A stretch of 56,635 nt of DNA, filler included, from Dugesia japonica (lineage: Eukaryota): the NCBI GenBank assembly GCA_001938525.1. It is 5 parts of 5 records of this genome, joined end to end, with 100 filler letters (N's around TTAATTAATTAA, not from the genome) between each part and the next. Parts side by side here need not be neighbours in the genome. Positions count along the whole stretch, not along the records: positions 46,300 to 56,635 come from MQRL01586048.1; 4 more parts are not named here. One strand, given 5' to 3'. The notes beneath the pieces were generated by a model, which worked only from the letters and a program-made list of their open reading frames with translations, was not told the origin of the DNA and did no database searches. Numbering within the stretch: position 1 is the first letter of the stretch; every line of letters starts with the position of its first letter. Of this stretch, positions 52,672 to 56,635 are shown piece by piece. The position numbers and the translations under genes were made by a program.

Positions 52672-54439
52672 NNNNNNNNNNNNNNNNNNNNNNNNNNNNN
52701 NNNNNNNNNNNNNNNNNNNNNNNNNNNNNNNNNNNNNNNNNNNNNNNNNNNNNNNNNNNNNNNNNNNNNNNNNNNNNNNNNNNNNNNNNNNNNNNNNNNN
52801 NNNNNNNNNNNNNNNNNNNNNNNNNNNNNNNNNNNNNNNNNNNNNNNNNNNNNNNNNNNNTCATGTTTGTATTAAGCAAGATTCTGTTTGTTATCATGTT
52901 GTTCTTAGTATTGTTTTATTTACTCAGTTTCATTCTGAAAAATCTCACCAACGATCTGCAACTGTTAGAATATAATTAAAATTTTACCTAGCTAAAATAA
53001 ATATCTTATTGTAATTCGTAATTATACTGTAATATTTAGATAACCAAAGAACAAATATTATTGTAAATCAGTTCAATCAATAACTAAATTCTTATCTATT
53101 ATCAAAAATAAATTAAACTTGAAACCATATTCAAAGTTCTTCAAAACGATTGAATATTTGTATTTAGAAATTCATCAGCCGTATTCAGAAAAACAAAAAC
53201 TTACGATGACAGTAACTTTCTCATTAATATCGTTAGTTTCAATCTATCAACGAAATCGTTTCCCGTACGACTGTTTCTTTTTCCAAATTTCAATCTTATT
53301 TATTGTGATTTTATTTTTATAGAAATATTTAGAAATCAAAATTATTGGTTATGATGAAGACAATTTTTCCAATGAGATCATTTTTAAATATTCGAAATTG
53401 GTTTGGATTTCTAAACGAAAATATGGATTCTGCGACAAATCATTTCATTCTAAGTTAGTTCATATTTATAATTTTGGTGGCTTTATTTTATTTTCATTTT
53501 TTTTAATACTTTGAGGGTTTTTTTTACATAGTTTGATAGTTAATTTAAATGAAATTAATTTATTAAAATTATTTTACATTTATAATTATTATTAGAATAA
53601 TTGTTTGACTTAAGCATTGATTGCATTTTTAACTATTTATTAATATGGAAAGGATAGAAATTTTCATAAAAATGATCACCAAAGCAAATATCTGTTAATA
53701 GTAACTATAACAATTCCAAATAAATTTCCAATTAAATCTTCATTTCTAATGAATTATTTATATATCAAATTCTAAATGAATGTACAATTTGTTCGCAATC
53801 AGTGTTGTGCATGGTTTCCCACGAATGATTGCAGTATTTTTAACAAATGCGGCAGATCATTTTCTATTTAATATTACAGGTGGTTCTCATTTGGTTGTAT
53901 AGTTTTTTTCTATGGATATGGAAAATACAATCTTTCAAATGTTTTAGAATATTACAAACTAAAAAAGGATTATTATGATTGATCCCAGTTATAATCAGTA
54001 CCTACTTTGGATGATTAATTTGACAATCACCAAAATGTCACTGAAGTCAATTTAAACTGATTATTAAAATTTATTCAGTGCCATAAATGATGCCTGTAAC
54101 AATTGCTTATATTGTTGCCTCGATGGGAACAATCAAGACATAATAAACATAACTTCAATAAATGTTTCATGATGTTACNNNNNNNNNNNNNNNNNNNNNN
54201 NNNNNNNNNNNNNNNNNNNNNNNNNNNNNNNNNNNNNNNNNNNNNNNNNNNNNNNNNNNNNNNNNNNNNNNNNNNNNNNNNNNNNNNNNNNNNNNNNNNN
54301 NNNNNNNAGGAGTCACCAACATTGTCGAGAGAACCAGTCTTATGACGGCAGGATAAATTATAGGACCGTTTGCCCAAGTAAACCTAGACTGTCTATCAAT
54401 CAACAGAATAAAGATTTTTATTTCTATAAGGCAACATTT

Positions 54440-54860
54440 TATACATTCAATATAGACAATAAACTAAATACACTTAATAAGTCTATTAATAAATACATTC
54501 AATAAACCTAATACAACCAATACACTCACTAACCAAAATACGCTCAAGAGTTAAAATACAAACAATGAACTTAATAAACTCAATATAGTCAATAAAATTC
54601 ATAACCTAAATAAACTGAACAATCCAATTAAACAAAAATAAATCAAATCCGAATATAAGCAGAATACATTCAAGAAATTCAATATACTCAATAAGCCAAA
54701 TGCACTTAATAAACCAAATACACTAAAAAAGCCAAATACGCAAAATACATTTAATAAACCAAATACACTCAATATGTTAAACAGAGTCATTCAATTCTAC
54801 ACAGTCAATAAGTTTAATGCACTTAATATACCAAATACACATAATAAACCTAAGTAGGTG
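54440..54860. repeat. Degenerate 18-bp tandem repeat (AATACACTCAATAAACC(A/T)-like)
   Basis: Periodic motif; gives a repetitive LSVFGL pseudo-peptide on the minus strand. Confidence 0.75.
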
Positions 54861-55214
54861 AATATTTCAGCACTCAACACCTNNNNNNNNNNNNNNNNNN
54901 NNNNNNNNNNNNNNNNNNNNNNNNNNNNNNNNNNNNNNNNNNNNNNNNNNNNNNNTCTAGACTTTGTTTGGTTGAAATTAATTGTGTGTTTGTGCCGATG
55001 ACGTAATCATTATATAATACCTATGCAATAACTGACGATTGAAGTTTTCGTTTAAATTAACGATTTTGTTTAAATTCAGTGAAAATAATGATTTCTTGTT
55101 TAACTTAAACAAAATTAATGATTTTTTAAGTTAATTCCCTCTTACGGATGCATTAATATTAATCGCTCCGGGTAATATTAATAATAAAATAATAGTAATA
55201 ATACAAAAATTAAA

Positions 55215-56420
55215 TCAAAAGAATCTCAATATCAACTTATAGAATTTATCTATTTGGTAACGACTTGAGATCTGTATAATTACATTCTTCTAAAACTACT
55301 TCTAATCTACAATATACCCATTCCAAATCTTTGAATGATAACTTCTGGCTCAAAGTTCAAGCATACCGGTTATTTATATCGATTTATAAACTCTCTGTGT
55401 TTTCATAGCGTTTATTGATAAAGGTAAGCCAACCTCTAACTCCATCTTCAAAAAGGTGTACATGTCGATATCAATAAAAAGCTTGATTGGTTTGTTTAAA
55501 GTCCACATAGCTGATGCCCAGCTCATACCTGGAATTTCAAAGAAATTTAAGGTTTTCAGGCGGTTGTGAGCTTGGCTCGGAATTACTGAAAAAAGTCAAT
55601 TAGGAGAAAAACGTTCAAATGCATGTACACCAGCATATATTCCAGTAAATTTTTACATTCTGCATATTCATCGCTTTTTCGTATGCTTCATCACTAACTC
55701 CATTCCATTTTGGTGCCATTTACTTTGTATCAACCAGTTCATATAAACTGGTACCTTGATTGTATGGAAACATCCTTTTTGTTCTTTTATTTCTGTTGTC
55801 AGTAAATTCCTGTTAAAGAATTTGTTTTGATGGTTTTAACAGTTGAATCCAGAGATGAATTGATAAATTGAATCGTTGCTGATTTGGTTTGATGCGGAAT
55901 AAGACACAAGAATTTTTCACTTGTAGTTGGAATACAGATAATTTCCCAATGTGAGAATTAACAGAATCCATGCTTAAGAATATGGTGCATGTCGTATATT
56001 ATTAAATTATGGAATACAGATGATCATTTCATAAAAATTCTTCTGCTTAGATTGCAACTGTTGCATGCTGCGCTTATGTATTCACCTGTGAAATGATCGT
56101 GATCTCTAACAAAATTTACTTAAANNNNNNNNNNNNNNNNNNNNNNNNNNNNNNNNNNNNNNNNNNNNNNNNNNNNNNNNNNNNNNNNNNNNNNNNNNNN
56201 NNNNNNNNNNNNNNNNNNNNNNNNNNNNNNNNNNNNNNNNNNNNNNNNNNNNNNNNNNNNNNNNNNNNNNNNNNNNNNNNNNNNNNNNNNNNNNNNNNNN
56301 NNNNNNNNNNNNNNGGTCGGTCGGGATGGTATATAACGTACCTGTACGAATTTTACTGCAAAGAGGCTCATGTTTTTCAAAAGCTGCATTTTCTCGGAAT
56401 CCATTTAGAATAAACTGTTC
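55215..56420 (-). mobile_element. Second Polinton/Maverick-type pPolB fragment (EndoVII-like, exonuclease, motif A)
   Basis: RDHDHFTGEYISAACNSCNL, FHNL..YDMHHILK, IPTTSEKF, IPGMSWASAM, DMYTFFEDGVRG, IDINNRYA. Confidence 0.85.
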
Positions 56421-56635
56421 ATTCAATTATGTACAAATTAACTCTAAACTGAATGACATTTCCAATTACCATCGAAAAAATTAACTTAATTTTTATGGTT
56501 TCTATTGAATCATTTTATTTAAACATCTGAAAGAAAATAAACGTGTCTGCAATTTCAATGTCGTTATTTAAATTGTCAAATTCGAATCGTTTTTCATCTT
56601 CAAGTTTTTCAAATTTCAATTCATTATTATGATGT

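Noticed and set aside
53100-53940. Innexin-like traces (CAWFP, YYRWFSF)
   Set aside because: Too short and broken to support a call

Overview
AT-rich eukaryotic genomic DNA with short 47-63 bp GT-AG introns and many decayed transposons; a freshwater planarian-like host is my inference. The window is not contiguous: four artificial 100-bp spacers (44N-TTAATTAATTAA-44N) join five scaffolds (1-9358, 9459-20509, 20610-37627, 37728-46199, 46300-56635). Host genes are DLST, a 131-aa orphan, the last exons of a nicotinic acetylcholine receptor subunit, a divergent beta-tubulin with a long C-terminal extension, and a Piezo-like remnant. Transposon debris includes Penelope, Gypsy, Tc1/mariner, pogo/Tigger, hAT and Polinton/Maverick-type pPolB fragments. 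The main finding is a decayed Ty3/Gypsy retroelement of at least 9.7 kb (20610-30324, 5' end cut off by the scaffold edge) with a virus-like layout. In order it carries a chuvirus/gB-type fusion glycoprotein directly upstream of the protease, then PR-(dUTPase-like)-RT-RNaseH-IN. After the integrase come an in-frame type-I membrane protein, a large ORF with a catalytically degenerate REX4/ISG20-like DEDDh exonuclease domain, and an intronless RNF10/Mag2-like RING E3 ligase. A head-to-head pair of paralogous coiled-coil pseudo-ORFs follows and may belong to the same element. All family assignments come from recognising motifs by eye; no searches were run.
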